Shown here: piece by piece, positions 1 to 10,349 of the stretch
Layout: each line of letters starts with the position of its first letter
Position numbering within the stretch: the stretch's first letter is position 1
Assembly: GCA_963693365.1 (NCBI GenBank)
Contig: CAVNZM010000031.1
Span: forward strand, 1 to 50,164
Direction of reading: 5' to 3'
Source: Amoebidium appalachense
Lineage: Eukaryota; Protista; Ichthyosporea
DNA length: 50,164 nucleotides
The notes under the pieces: model-generated
The model's input: only the letters and a program-made list of their open reading frames with translations
Database searches by the model: none
What the model was told of the DNA's origin: nothing
Made by a program: the position numbers and the translations under genes

Positions 1-775
1 GCGCATTGAAGTTCCCACCCACATGCTTTTTGTTTGTCACTGACACGTAGTAGTCGCGCCCGATGATATCACCCAGGACGTCAAAGAACACGTTTTTGCC
101 CACACCTTGGACTGAGCGAAAAACAAGTGCAACTCCAGGTTTGATGTCGGGGTACTGAAAGAGCTGTGCCAGCCAACGACGTGTGTAGAGGTAGGCTGCC
201 TCGTCGTAGTTGCACAACATGCGAAGATGGTCAAAAAACATGCTGGTTGCCGATTGGACAAGAGGTCGTGCAGGGTCGTGCACTATCTTGAGTCCACGGA
301 AAATGTTGAAAGGACGGCCTTGCCTCATGACGTTTCGTGCACGACGCTTCCCGGTCCGTGGATCTGGGTCTGCCGGGTCAAAAACGAAGCGCGAGTACTG
401 CAAAATGTGGTCGCTCTCCATGAACCAGGTGCCCTTGTAGACGCGTGTGATGGGTCGGTTGCGCTCGAAAAACTCCATTCTGAAGAGGTACTTAGAGAGG
501 CATTCTCGCGCGCTCTTCGGTGAGTGCAGCTCGATGACGTGCCGCTCAGTCCTGTGGTCGTAGTTCTTGAGAAGGTATTGTGATCCGCATTCGACAAAGG
601 CCACGTTGCTCTGCAAAAAGCGAATGCAGTTCTCATAAGTCCATGAAATGCTCTGACACGTGCGTGGCTTGAAGCTCAGCCCAAACTGCGGTTCTGGGCT
701 GCAGTCCTCGAATCGCTGAAACAAAGTCTCCTCGGACATGGGGGGGACCTCCAACAGGTGAAATATGGATGACAT
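1..775 (-). CDS. D5-like superfamily 3 helicase paralogue 1 (no primase domain), truncated by left window edge
   Basis: Not in the ORF track because it has no stop in the window. Manual translation from ATG 775 gives MSSIFHLLEV...VFDPADPDPRTG...FNIFRG...WLAQLFQYPDIKPGVALVFRSVQGVGKNVFF...KHVGGNFNA. Walker A (QGVGKN) and flanking motifs match 5276..6772 and 44283..46323. A TATA-like GGTATATAAAA lies on the minus strand at about 846-856. Confidence 0.9.
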   Translation of the reverse strand, partial: MSSIFHLLEVPPMSEETLFQRFEDCSPEPQFGLSFKPRTCQSISWTYENCIRFLQSNVAFVECGSQYLLKNYDHRTERHVIELHSPKSARECLSKYLFRMEFFERNRPITRVYKGTWFMESDHILQYSRFVFDPADPDPRTGKRRARNVMRQGRPFNIFRGLKIVHDPARPLVQSATSMFFDHLRMLCNYDEAAYLYTRRWLAQLFQYPDIKPGVALVFRSVQGVGKNVFFDVLGDIIGRDYYVSVTNKKHVGGNFNA

Positions 776-1050
776 CGCTACTGGTGGCTTAGATAATATT
801 TTTTGCCGGCCAGGGGCAGACTGGGCCATTTTTGCATGCACGAGATTTTATATACCTTGCACCCCGGGGTCGCGCGGGGGCTTGGGGGGCACGCCAGGCA
901 TGCACGGCCGGTGAGGCACGGAAGGCACGGCGGGCTCGCAGGCCCCTCCCACCGGCACGAGGCACGCGAGCCCCCCACAGCCCCCCACAACCCCTCACTG
1001 GAACGAACAATCGACTGGGGGGTGATTTTTATTTTCTTGTGTTGTAAGTG

Positions 1051-1842
1051 ATGGCTACCTACGATGAGTCATATGTCAGGGATAGACTGGCCAAGCTCGA
1101 AGGTGGAACCATTGAGGTACGCACGCCCGCAGGACGGATCGACCTGCTGACGGACACGGAAGTCATCGAAGTCAAGCGCGCTTCTAAATGGAAATCCGCC
1201 GTTGGGCAGGTGCTGTCGTATCAAGCCTACTGTCCTGACCATCGACCTCGGGTACATCTGTTCGATGTTGCGTCCCTAGATTGCTTGAAAGTGGCGATCG
1301 AAACGATGACGCTCCTGGGCATCAGAGCCACGATCGAACCAGACACCTTGCAGCTCATTTGGAGCCCACTTCCAGCGCTGGATGTGGAGGCCGAAAAGCC
1401 AGTGGCAGTCTGCGCATCAGCTAACAATGAGATGCAATTCCTAAGGGATCTGCCCCGCCCAGCACGCCCCAACAGCCAAACTGATTCTGAACAACAGCCG
1501 GATTCCTCGGAGTCAGAGTATAGACTTCTCTTCGAGTTCCTCAAGGACATGGCGAAGGGTAAAGAGGGTGTGTCAATACAGCAACTACACGATGGAGCCC
1601 GTATTACAGCCACGGCAATGCTACATCTGTACAAGGAGTGGCTTGCACTCAACGGCAAGACCAAGAGTATCCCGTACGCCAGTGTGAAGAGCATGGGTTC
1701 CATGCTCAGCAAGATTCTAGGAGCAAACAAGGGTGTGCGAAACAACCATCTGACTATTCCGCCTGGGATGCCCGCTCTGACCCCAACTTCTGGGACATCA
1801 TACGCGTTTATCTTTGACCACGAGAAGATCAAACAGGCTTAG
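1051..1842 (+). CDS. PD-(D/E)XK-like domain fused to a D5-helicase-type C-terminal (putative winged-helix) domain
   Basis: N-terminal GRIDLLTDTEVIEVK...WKSAVGQVLSY...PRVHLF is a restriction-fold-like module common in large DNA viruses. The C-terminal FEFLKDM...DGARI...YKEW...MGSMLSKILG aligns by eye with the C-termini of the helicases in this window. Confidence 0.75.
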   Translation: MATYDESYVRDRLAKLEGGTIEVRTPAGRIDLLTDTEVIEVKRASKWKSAVGQVLSYQAYCPDHRPRVHLFDVASLDCLKVAIETMTLLGIRATIEPDTLQLIWSPLPALDVEAEKPVAVCASANNEMQFLRDLPRPARPNSQTDSEQQPDSSESEYRLLFEFLKDMAKGKEGVSIQQLHDGARITATAMLHLYKEWLALNGKTKSIPYASVKSMGSMLSKILGANKGVRNNHLTIPPGMPALTPTSGTSYAFIFDHEKIKQA

Positions 1843-2025
1843 GTGACCCCATCGCTGCGCGGCAGGGCCCGGGTGGCCGGGAGGGGCACGGCAGGCACGG
1901 CGGTCTCGCCGGCGGCACGAGCCTCGCGTGCCACGCATGCCACCCCCCGCCACCCAGCCCCCAGGCCCCAGGCGGCGCGGATGGGTGACCGAGGACGACC
2001 GATATGGACTCGACTCGGGTTGGGT

Positions 2026-2902
2026 TTATTGACGTGCCGCGGCGGCCCAGGCAGCAAACGCCGCGCGGCCATCCGCAAGCGCCTGCGCGACCTTCCCGGG
2101 GTCGACGTCCATGGGCGACGCAAACAGCCTCCGCTCCGGAGCGACCACCACGAGGCGATCTCCGAGGCGGGTGCGGAGGTTGGCGAACTCGGTGGCCGCT
2201 AGCTCGGTGCTCGAGTCACGCTGCAGCGCATAGCAGAGCTCCATGCCCGTTTTTGGCACGGATTCTGCGGGACAGTGCGCCAGCGAGTCGCACAGCACCG
2301 TGACGTAGATGCCGTCGAACCCATCTGCGGCATCCTCGAGTGCTTTGGTGAGGGGCACCAGCTCAGAGACGCCGCCGTCCAGAAACACGGTGCCGCCGTA
2401 CTCGACGGGGGGGACCGCGAGTGGAAGGGCCGAAGACGCGCGCATGCCGACCTGGTACTCGGGCCCTGTGAACCACCGCTCCTTCTTGTTGAGGAAGTCC
2501 CAGGCGACGCAGTGGCAGCGCGTGTAGATGTCCGCGTCGATGCCCTCCAGAAGCGCCGCCGCACGCTCCTGCAGGGTGAAGCGGCTGTACGCCGCCCCGT
2601 ACAGCATTGACCCCACAACCGTCCTCCAGGTTTTCGGAAGCAGCGCCATTGCGCCACCCCACGGTTCCACAATGTGCTGGCACGCACTTCAGCTTCCCCA
2701 GCTCGCGCGCCAGGTCGTCCAGGCGGTCGGCAACCACGAACGGCGCCACCAGCGCGCCGACGGACGTGCCGTACACCCTGTCGACCCGGTACAGCCCCGA
2801 CGCGAGCATCCCCTGCATGAACCCGACTTGGAAGCAGCCCTTGACGCCGCCCCCGGGCAGCAGGACCCGCACACGTGTCCTGGCTTGGGAGGGTGTGTCC
2901 AT
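2026..2902 (-). pseudogene. Patatin-like phospholipase split by a +1 frameshift near 2670-2690 (pseudogene or sequencing error)
   Basis: Frame A from ATG 2902 has LPGGGVKG (glycine loop) and GTSVG (GxSxG nucleophile). Frame B (2026..2670) has RASSALP and FLDGG (catalytic Asp). Frame B has an upstream stop near 2691, which brackets the shift. Confidence 0.85.
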
Positions 2903-3410
2903 GTTGATGTAGGCCGAGAGAAAAAACAGACATGTGCAACATGTTTCAATATTTGAAATTCCCACGACCCGGGCATGCACGGCCGGCCGGGAGGGGCGGG
3001 GCGGGGCGGGGCACACAGGCCCGGCCCGGGAGGCAGGCGTGGCGCGTGCGCTGGGGAGAAACGCGGGCCACCCCCAGCCACCCCAGCCCCCCACCGGGAA
3101 CCAGTCAACACGGGGTTGGTTTGGGGTGTGTTGATTGGCCATTATGACAGCAGCGCCCGATTTTACCCTGCTCCCTCCACAGCCAATGAACGTCGAGTGC
3201 CATCGATCAGTTGTGTCCGATTGGAGAACATGTACCGCGGGCCGAATTGGGAATTTTGAATGGCGTCGCGTGAGAGCCCGGGACCGCCACAGCCAATGGT
3301 CGACGGCGGGGCCTCCCAACGGCTCGGCACAAGGGTACATAAGCACAGACGGTGTTGTCAAAAGCACACTCTTACTGCAGCGTGACAAGTGGGCTTTTGG
3401 AATTGCCAAC

Positions 3411-4436
3411 ATGACGCACATTGAGCGTATTCACATTCTCGGTGAGGACCGCGAGACCCGGTTCGCCTACCAACCGGAGCTGTTCTACACGCTGCACCTG
3501 CACCCCGAGGCGCCTGGCTCGATCCGCATGGGCACCGCCGCGATCTTCAGCACGAAGACAGGGGAGGAGAGGGTGTGGCCGGTCGACGTAATCCTCTCCG
3601 GGCCGGTACCGCGGCAGTTTGTCGACGAGGAGGGGCGGTGGACCCAGCGGGACAGTTCCACAGCCTGCGACGACCCCCGCTTCGTCGGGCGTGGCAGCGC
3701 GGTGTGGCGTGCACTGTACGACGAGCTCCAGGCGCCGGCGCTGCGCAGCCTCATCCCCGACGACACGGGCCTCGGGTTTCTCCTCCGCAAGTGCCCCCAC
3801 CCCGACTTGAACGATGTGGACAACGACGAGGTGATCACCGTCGAGGAGACGGAGCACGTCTGGGGTGTGAGGCTTGGGCAGGCGATGGCGGCTCCGACCG
3901 TGGTTCGGCCGCTCCACCAGGTCGTCGAGAGCGCGACGGTCCGCGCGGCACCGGTGCCGGACGAGCAGTGTTCCGTGTACGCATTGAACACGTTGGCCAG
4001 CGACGAGGTGGCCAGGACGGTAGAAATGTTTGAGGTCTGGCCGGTGCTTCATTGTGGGCAGCCCGCGCTGCGCCTGGGTCTCTACTACCTGCTGGCCGAG
4101 GGGGCGCTGGCCGAGCGCTTTGTGCCCCTGGACGTCATCGTCCAAGGCGACTGGGTCGAGGCCAAGATCGACGAGCACGGGAAGTGGAGGGCCGGAGCGG
4201 TGGTTGGGCGAAGGGCGGTGGGCAGCGAGGATGCGTTCCACCTCCAGATTGACATTGCGCTCGACCAGCACATGGAGTTGGGGGTGATGTCGCGGCAGAT
4301 GCTGGGAATGGATGCTACCAGGGAGGAGGTGCTTGAAGTTGCACCACGCAGAATGTACGAGGAGGATTGTGACGTGCGCACCGTGGAGTCCAAATTCCCG
4401 TTCGAGGCCCACGCGTTTAAGCATCTATTTTCGTGA
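3411..4436 (+). CDS. Hypothetical protein with an internally duplicated domain
   Basis: Long ORF with coding-like GC3 composition from ATG 3411. The upstream part of the track ORF is CCAAT-rich and promoter-like. Two similar segments: WPVDVILSG...VDEEGRW and VPLDVIVQG...IDEHGKW. Confidence 0.65.
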   Translation: MTHIERIHILGEDRETRFAYQPELFYTLHLHPEAPGSIRMGTAAIFSTKTGEERVWPVDVILSGPVPRQFVDEEGRWTQRDSSTACDDPRFVGRGSAVWRALYDELQAPALRSLIPDDTGLGFLLRKCPHPDLNDVDNDEVITVEETEHVWGVRLGQAMAAPTVVRPLHQVVESATVRAAPVPDEQCSVYALNTLASDEVARTVEMFEVWPVLHCGQPALRLGLYYLLAEGALAERFVPLDVIVQGDWVEAKIDEHGKWRAGAVVGRRAVGSEDAFHLQIDIALDQHMELGVMSRQMLGMDATREEVLEVAPRRMYEEDCDVRTVESKFPFEAHAFKHLFS

Positions 4437-4465
4437 CAGACGGGTGAACCTGGCGAACTTGGTGA

Positions 4466-4604
4466 TTGCGCATATGTGAGCCTAAACCCTAAGGGTTGTG
4501 TGGGGGGTGGGGGGTGGGTGTGTATTTGTGTTGGTTGCGCATATGTGAGCCTAAACCCTAACGGTTGTGTGGGGGGTGGGGGGTGGGTGTGTATTTGTGT
4601 TGGT
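4466..4604. repeat. 2 x 69-bp tandem duplication containing AAACCCTAA
   Basis: ttgcgcatatgtgagcctaaaccctaa(g/c)ggttgtgtgggggg... starts at 4466 and 4535. Confidence 0.85.
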
Positions 4605-4786
4605 CATTTGCCCCCAGGATGGGTCAAAACGCGCAGCGCGCAAATAAACCACAAAAACACACGAGCGCGCCCCCCCGAGAGGCGCGCGAGGCGCGCGAGG
4701 CGCGCATGCCTCGCATGCCCCGCATGCCCCGCGCGCGAATATCAACAAAACAAAAGAACGTCAATTTTTTTTGGTGTTTCATAGCG

Positions 4787-5257
4787 ATGGACATCACACA
4801 ATCTGGGCCAGCGCAACTCCTTGTCACCGTACAGGAGTACACATGCCCGGAATGTCTCAAATCATTTTCATCCAAACATAGCCTGTCACGGCACCGCAAC
4901 ACACACACGCGCTCCCAGGTTTTCCCTTGTTCCCACCGTGATTGCTTTGCCACGTTCTCTCGCAAAGACCATCTGCTTCGGCACGCTCTGGCCCACACTG
5001 GTCGTCGCCCGTATGCGTGCCAAACCTGCTCTGCCACCTTCACTTATCCTTCGGCACTCTGGAACCACACACGGATCATCCACAACGGTTACAGACCACA
5101 AAGAAAGCGCGCACCTGGCCGCTTCCAGTGTCCAAGTGAGGGGTGTCATGCCGGCTTTGCATGGTCCTCTGCTCTGAACAGGCACATCCAGACTGAGCAT
5201 CCCGAAATCCTTGCCGGGCCACAGGTATATAAGCCCAAGGGATCCGACAAAATATAA
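4787..5257 (+). CDS. C2H2 zinc-finger protein (4 fingers)
   Basis: CPEC..HRNTH, CSHRDC..HALAH, TGRRPY linker, CQTC..HTRIIH, CPSEGC..HIQTEH. Confidence 0.9.
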   Translation: MDITQSGPAQLLVTVQEYTCPECLKSFSSKHSLSRHRNTHTRSQVFPCSHRDCFATFSRKDHLLRHALAHTGRRPYACQTCSATFTYPSALWNHTRIIHNGYRPQRKRAPGRFQCPSEGCHAGFAWSSALNRHIQTEHPEILAGPQVYKPKGSDKI

Positions 5258-5275
5258 TCTCAGCCTTCTTACATC

Positions 5276-6772
5276 ATGGAGGCCATCCGTTCGGATTTGG
5301 AGCTGGGGTGCGATGTTCATCGGGAACGGCTCCGTGTTGCGTTTGAGGAATTTGAACGACTCACCGGCACCTGCAACAACTGGATTCCTCCAAGCTACAT
5401 AGGCAATTACATCTGGAACATGGACCAGGTGTACACTTTCTGTCGGACATTGCTCGCTTACTCAAACAAAGACCAGGTGTATATCGTGAAGCATTTTGAA
5501 GACGGTCGGTTCGTCCATCAGATCAGGTCAAAGGAGAAGGCGATTGACATGATGTCCAAATACGAATTCAAATACTTCAACGAAAAGGGGGAGCTTGACT
5601 ACTACAAGGGGTCCACATACGTCAACGATGTGCATGGAATCCTGGTGTACTACAAAGGCGTTGTCTTTGACCCGAGCGACCCAGACCCTAAAACGGGTGA
5701 GCGTAACCCTACCTACACCGACGTCTACAATCGCGCATTCAACAGTTTTCCGGGATTCAAGTTCATCTACGACCCCGCCTTTGTAGTCGACGAGGCCCTC
5801 ATCGCCCCCTTCAAGAATCACGCAAAGGAGGTTATATGTGCGGGAGACGACGGCCTATATCGCTATGTCATCGAATGGTTGGGGCACATGTTTCAGTTTC
5901 CAGCGCGCAAACCGGAATCGGCCTGGCTCATGCGCAGCATCGAGGGCACAGGCAAGAACGTGTTCGTGAAGATCATCCAAAACGTATTGGGCGACGATCT
6001 GGTCGGTGTGGTGGAGACGGAGGATCGCCTGGCCACCCGGTTCAACATAGGCATAACGTTCAAGATGTTGGTTGTGTGCAACGAGGTCACCTACGGAAAG
6101 AGCCACCGGACCCCCAACCATCTGAAGACTCTCATTACTGACGACACGATGACGTACGAGTCTAAGGGCATCGACGCGGTCAAGGTCAAGTCATGTGAAC
6201 GGTGGATCTTGATGTCCAACGAGCAGCATCCCATTCCCGTGAGCCGCACTGACCGCCGCTACGCCTGCATGGAGGTGTCTGACAAGCGCGTCGGTGACGA
6301 GAGAAACCTGGTGCAGCAATACAGCAACGGTGCACCCGCCCTGAAGCATCTGTACCACTGGCTGATGAGAGTTCCCGTATCGGACCCTAACCGGGTGCTA
6401 CCACCGATGACTGGCTTGAAGCGACAGTTGCAGGACCTGAGTGGACCGATGGAGCTGCAGTTCTTGCGCGACTTGATGAATCGTGAAAATGGGTTCGAGG
6501 ATATGGAAAATTTGAGTGATGGTGCTCGAGTTCCACCGTCGGCGTTGTTCGGTCTGTACCAGCAATGGTGGGACCGAAACACACCCGACAAGTCCAAAAG
6601 ACCTACCCTGCGGGACTTCGGGATGACCGTCACTGCCATTTTGGGAAAGATTAGAAGTACTCGCATCACCACGATCGCATACGGCGCTCAGGGATGTGAT
6701 GCCGCTTCCGGTGTCACTCGATGCTACGCCCTCGACCGTAAACTCATCGGGCTTCCGGATGCGAGTAGCTAA
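5276..6772 (+). CDS. D5-like superfamily 3 helicase paralogue 2 (DUF5906-type, no primase domain)
   Basis: Walker A EGTGKN, Walker B region VVCNE, YESKGIDA, motif C ILMSN, arginine finger DRRY. Also VFDPSDPDPKTG and FNSFPG. Confidence 0.9.
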   Translation: MEAIRSDLELGCDVHRERLRVAFEEFERLTGTCNNWIPPSYIGNYIWNMDQVYTFCRTLLAYSNKDQVYIVKHFEDGRFVHQIRSKEKAIDMMSKYEFKYFNEKGELDYYKGSTYVNDVHGILVYYKGVVFDPSDPDPKTGERNPTYTDVYNRAFNSFPGFKFIYDPAFVVDEALIAPFKNHAKEVICAGDDGLYRYVIEWLGHMFQFPARKPESAWLMRSIEGTGKNVFVKIIQNVLGDDLVGVVETEDRLATRFNIGITFKMLVVCNEVTYGKSHRTPNHLKTLITDDTMTYESKGIDAVKVKSCERWILMSNEQHPIPVSRTDRRYACMEVSDKRVGDERNLVQQYSNGAPALKHLYHWLMRVPVSDPNRVLPPMTGLKRQLQDLSGPMELQFLRDLMNRENGFEDMENLSDGARVPPSALFGLYQQWWDRNTPDKSKRPTLRDFGMTVTAILGKIRSTRITTIAYGAQGCDAASGVTRCYALDRKLIGLPDASS

Positions 6773-7282
6773 AAGTGTAACCAGTGAACGTTGAGTAACG
6801 TTACGTAGCTACTTGTAACAGCCAATCAAAACGCGTCCTTTGCGTCATTTTTTTGATTTGTAACACCTGTGGCTAATATTCCTTAAGTGTAGCTAGAGTA
6901 GCTATCAAATCAAATCGGTGGGGGGAAGGGGAGTGGTTGCATCTGATTGGCGGATGGGGGGGGCGTTGCTATGGAAACCGTTTTTTTGGGGTGATTGGAA
7001 AATAGTGGTTACGACAAGCTACGAAGCTACGCTCGGGGTGTAGGGGGCGGTGAGTGCGCCCGAGTGGCGCGCGAGGCCCCGAGAGGCGCGCGAGGCGCGC
7101 GAGGCCTGGGAGGCCCGCCCGCCCGGCGAGCCACGCGTGCCACGCATGCCACGCATGCCCCCAGGCCCCGCCCTGGGTCGGGAATTTGGCGAGCAATTGG
7201 TCAATGTGACCATTTGCCGTTTTGCTTGCAACTTGGTTGTGAATGCAATCGATCGGTCAATGTGACCGGTTGCCATTTTGGT

Positions 7283-7341
7283 TGTGTGTGTGTGTGTGGG
7301 TGTGGGTGTGTATGGGTGGGCTGTGTGTGTGTGTGTGTGTG

Positions 7342-7406
<65 letters not shown>
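7283..7406. repeat. (TG)n microsatellite
   Basis: Direct reading. Confidence 0.95.
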
Positions 7407-7409
<3 letters not shown>

Positions 7410-7557
7410 ACTAGAACATGTTAGCCAAACGCCTCGCGATTTGAGGCTTTTGAAATGCTTGTCCGTGACCACCCGCTCCAGTGGTGTGCTGCACCCTCCC
7501 GCTGGTCGGGTACAAAAGGCGCCGCGCACAAAATAAAATCGCAGTCTAACACTGAAG

Positions 7558-9324
7558 ATGTCTTCAAACATATCTCCTCCTCCGTACACGCCAATCGGCC
7601 CCACCTGGAAGCCCGCTCCCGACCACGAGTCGCGCGTGGACACGTCTTCGGTTCCCGCGTGGCCCGGCGTGCGCCCATTCTTTGCGCCGGACGGGGAGAA
7701 GGTGCTGACGTACCTCACGAAGTTCGACGGGCACGTGTTCTTTAACGCGGGATACTCCGCGTCCCTCGGGAGCAAGGAGGCGGGTGTGCGGAAGAACCCG
7801 GTTGTGTGGAAGAGTAACAATCCGGTCGTTCTTTCGAAGACTTCTGAGTTGATGAGGACCATTCTGAACCCAGAACTGTCCTCTGATTGGTTGGTTAGAT
7901 CGGCCTATGCAAACATCAAGAAACTACCCGCCGTGGGCAATCCGGATGGTTCTGTTGCCTACGCCTATGCGACTCACAACCTGGAGCCCAGCATCGAGAT
8001 GTACCGCGGGACCTGGTTTGGATTCGAGCTGACAGCGCCATTTCTACGCTACTGCTTCCCCGCGCTGGGCGACTTCTGGGACGGCGTGGTGATGGGTACA
8101 AAGGCGCCCTGCACGCATCCAGACACCTCAGTCTCGCCATCGATGGCGACGGAACACACTGATGTGATGTTGACAGGGAACGAGGTTGTCGCTAAAAAAG
8201 GCGACATCGTCCAAATCGGAAACCATGAAATGCGTGTGTGCGACGTTGGTGGTGTGAAAATGGCCAGCCTTGTCGATTATGTTATGTTGGTGAGAGCACT
8301 GGACAGATGTGCTGCAGCAAAATACATAAGTCGCCATCTATTGGATACGACAGGGGACCAATTGGTCAAAGTGACCAATTGCTCGTTTGGTATGGGAGGG
8401 AAGTTGTCACCTGCTGTTCCGGCGACATCTCTGGTCAAACTGACCTTCAAGATTGCATCCAACGCGCGCTACGGTTCCGCGATCATTGAGAAGTGGGCCA
8501 AAGATATAGCGCGTCTGGAAGGTGGGGATGGAACACTGGTGGAGGACATTGAGCGCAACCGTGCCACGGCACAGGCCAACCCCTCAGGACCCAATGCGTT
8601 CATGCGCGACAGCGTGAGGGGGGAGATGGATGCAGCTGGCACCCCCGAGAGGGAGCCCAAGAGACCCAGGCTAGGGGACATCACCCAGTTCATGACTAAC
8701 CAGGCCGAGATGGAGACTGCCCTAAGTCTGTACAAGGAGGCCCGCATTGCCGAATCTCCTATGTACACGGAGATCGCGAGGATGCGCGAGGAGGGGGTTT
8801 TGTGTGACAAGAAGGCGGCTATTCTCCGAGAAGAGCGTTTGAAGATTGAGGCACAATGTCGTCTTCTGGCGCTTCAACCCCATGCCCCCAAGTCCGATCA
8901 TGTCCCACCCGAATATGAGGATGCAAGCGAGCAGCTACGAAGGGTTACGAACTGTGTGTGCACCAAACAGCAGTCTGGTATCTACGTGTTTGTGTCTGAA
9001 TACGGTGACCCGCCATGTTTGAAGATCGGGCAGAGTTTGAAGGACGTGAAGGGTCGTATGAAACAGGCAGCTACATGGCATGTCGGTCCTAACAAGCGGT
9101 TGTTGTTTGCTCTCCCGGTTCCCTCGGAGCACCTGTTTCTGGCCGAGAAGTATCTCCACACTACACTCACCCACAAGAACGTGGAGCGTGAACTCTTCCG
9201 TGTAGATTACACATCTTTTGCTAGTGCGATGCTCGAGATGGCTAGGGAGTTCATGGAGGATGATCTAATCAGAGACCTGGTTGTGAGTGTATTCAAAAGT
9301 GCGAAGGGCGATGTGTCTGAGTGA
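7558..9324 (+). CDS. KilA-N-like + BRO-N-like + GIY-YIG (T5orf172/MUG113) multidomain protein
   Basis: N-terminal FFNA...K.P..W...RGTWFGFELT.FL.Y..P resembles KilA-N/APSES. The middle has ASLVDY...G.GGK.SP...RLEGGD.TL.EDIERN. The C-terminal SGIYVF...LKIGQS...RMKQ...AEKYLH...RELF is T5orf172-like. Residues from ATG 8143 onward are a close paralogue of 48978..50129. Confidence 0.8.
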   Translation: MSSNISPPPYTPIGPTWKPAPDHESRVDTSSVPAWPGVRPFFAPDGEKVLTYLTKFDGHVFFNAGYSASLGSKEAGVRKNPVVWKSNNPVVLSKTSELMRTILNPELSSDWLVRSAYANIKKLPAVGNPDGSVAYAYATHNLEPSIEMYRGTWFGFELTAPFLRYCFPALGDFWDGVVMGTKAPCTHPDTSVSPSMATEHTDVMLTGNEVVAKKGDIVQIGNHEMRVCDVGGVKMASLVDYVMLVRALDRCAAAKYISRHLLDTTGDQLVKVTNCSFGMGGKLSPAVPATSLVKLTFKIASNARYGSAIIEKWAKDIARLEGGDGTLVEDIERNRATAQANPSGPNAFMRDSVRGEMDAAGTPEREPKRPRLGDITQFMTNQAEMETALSLYKEARIAESPMYTEIARMREEGVLCDKKAAILREERLKIEAQCRLLALQPHAPKSDHVPPEYEDASEQLRRVTNCVCTKQQSGIYVFVSEYGDPPCLKIGQSLKDVKGRMKQAATWHVGPNKRLLFALPVPSEHLFLAEKYLHTTLTHKNVERELFRVDYTSFASAMLEMAREFMEDDLIRDLVVSVFKSAKGDVSE

Positions 9325-9436
9325 TCACTTGGTGTCCGCGCATGCATACCGACCCATTGCAATTGGCTGCTTGTGCGGGGTGGTGTTGGTGAACCCGCGC
9401 CTATAAAACCCACTCGCGCAAGAAAAATTCCGCAGA

Positions 9437-10093
9437 ATGGATCTCATCAGTCGCCTTCAACTACACGAAGTGCCCTACCCCCAAGGCTCGCCCGCGTGGC
9501 TGCGCGCCCGCGCATCCATGCTCACCGCGAGCGACGTGGGCGCGGCGCTGGGTGTGAATCCCTATCAGACCAGGAAACATCTCATCGAATGCAAATCTGG
9601 TCTGCAAAGACGAATCGTCGACCCCGTGTTCGTGGCATTCGGACACAAGCACGAGGCCAACGCGGCGGACGCGTACATGCGCGCGACGGGGCGCTCGTGC
9701 ATCGAGCTGGGGCTGATCCGGCACGCGGAGCACCGGTGGCTGGGGGCGAGCCCGGACCGGGTGACGCTGTGCGGGCGCGCGGTGGAGATCAAGGTGCCGT
9801 ACAAGCGCAAGTTCATGGACGGACAGCCGATCCCCGAGCACTATGTGGCGCAGGTGCAGACACAGCTGTTTGTGCTGGGGCTGGAGGTCGCGGACTTTGT
9901 GCAATTCGACCCGCGCGACGGGTCGCTGCGCATCGACGAGATCCCGCGGGACAAGGAGTGGTGGGCCAAGCACGGCAAGACATTAATGAGTTTCCAGGCC
10001 AAAGTGTTAGACATACGTGCAGATCACGAGCTGCAGGGATGGGAGACAGAGGACCAAGACACAGCGATTTGTCACATTCCCGATTTTATATAA
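9437..10093 (+). CDS. YqaJ / lambda-exonuclease-family viral recombinase nuclease
   Basis: QGSPAWL.AR...LTASD, FGHKHE, WLGASPD, VEIKVP, Y.AQVQ.QL. TATAAAA at about 9403. Confidence 0.93.
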   Translation: MDLISRLQLHEVPYPQGSPAWLRARASMLTASDVGAALGVNPYQTRKHLIECKSGLQRRIVDPVFVAFGHKHEANAADAYMRATGRSCIELGLIRHAEHRWLGASPDRVTLCGRAVEIKVPYKRKFMDGQPIPEHYVAQVQTQLFVLGLEVADFVQFDPRDGSLRIDEIPRDKEWWAKHGKTLMSFQAKVLDIRADHELQGWETEDQDTAICHIPDFI

Positions 10094-10349
10094 ACTCGCA
10101 GGGCAATGTGTGTATAGATGGACACAATCCACCGACTACACCCCGGCCCCGGCCATCAGCCGCAGTAGCGGCATCGGCAGTATATATACGACAAAGGGAT
10201 GTACGGTAAGATAGAGCATCAACAGGTACCGCTTTATCAAATTTTGTTTTTTTGTGTAAGTGTGCTGGTCCGGGAGGCCAGGTGCCTGTATGGTGGGTGA
10301 AAATGGATCCTGTGACACCATGACTGCTTTATGGTTAATATATTATGCA

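Noticed and set aside
2670-2690. Micro-intron explaining the patatin frameshift
   Set aside because: The only GT..AG options are 7-11 nt, too short for known spliceosomal introns.
3372-4424. 350-aa minus-strand ORF
   Set aside because: Antisense shadow of the GC3-rich plus-strand gene.
4481-4561. Telomeric repeat (CCCTAAA/AAACCCTAA)
   Set aside because: Only isolated telo-box-like copies within a 69-bp duplication, not a telomere tract.
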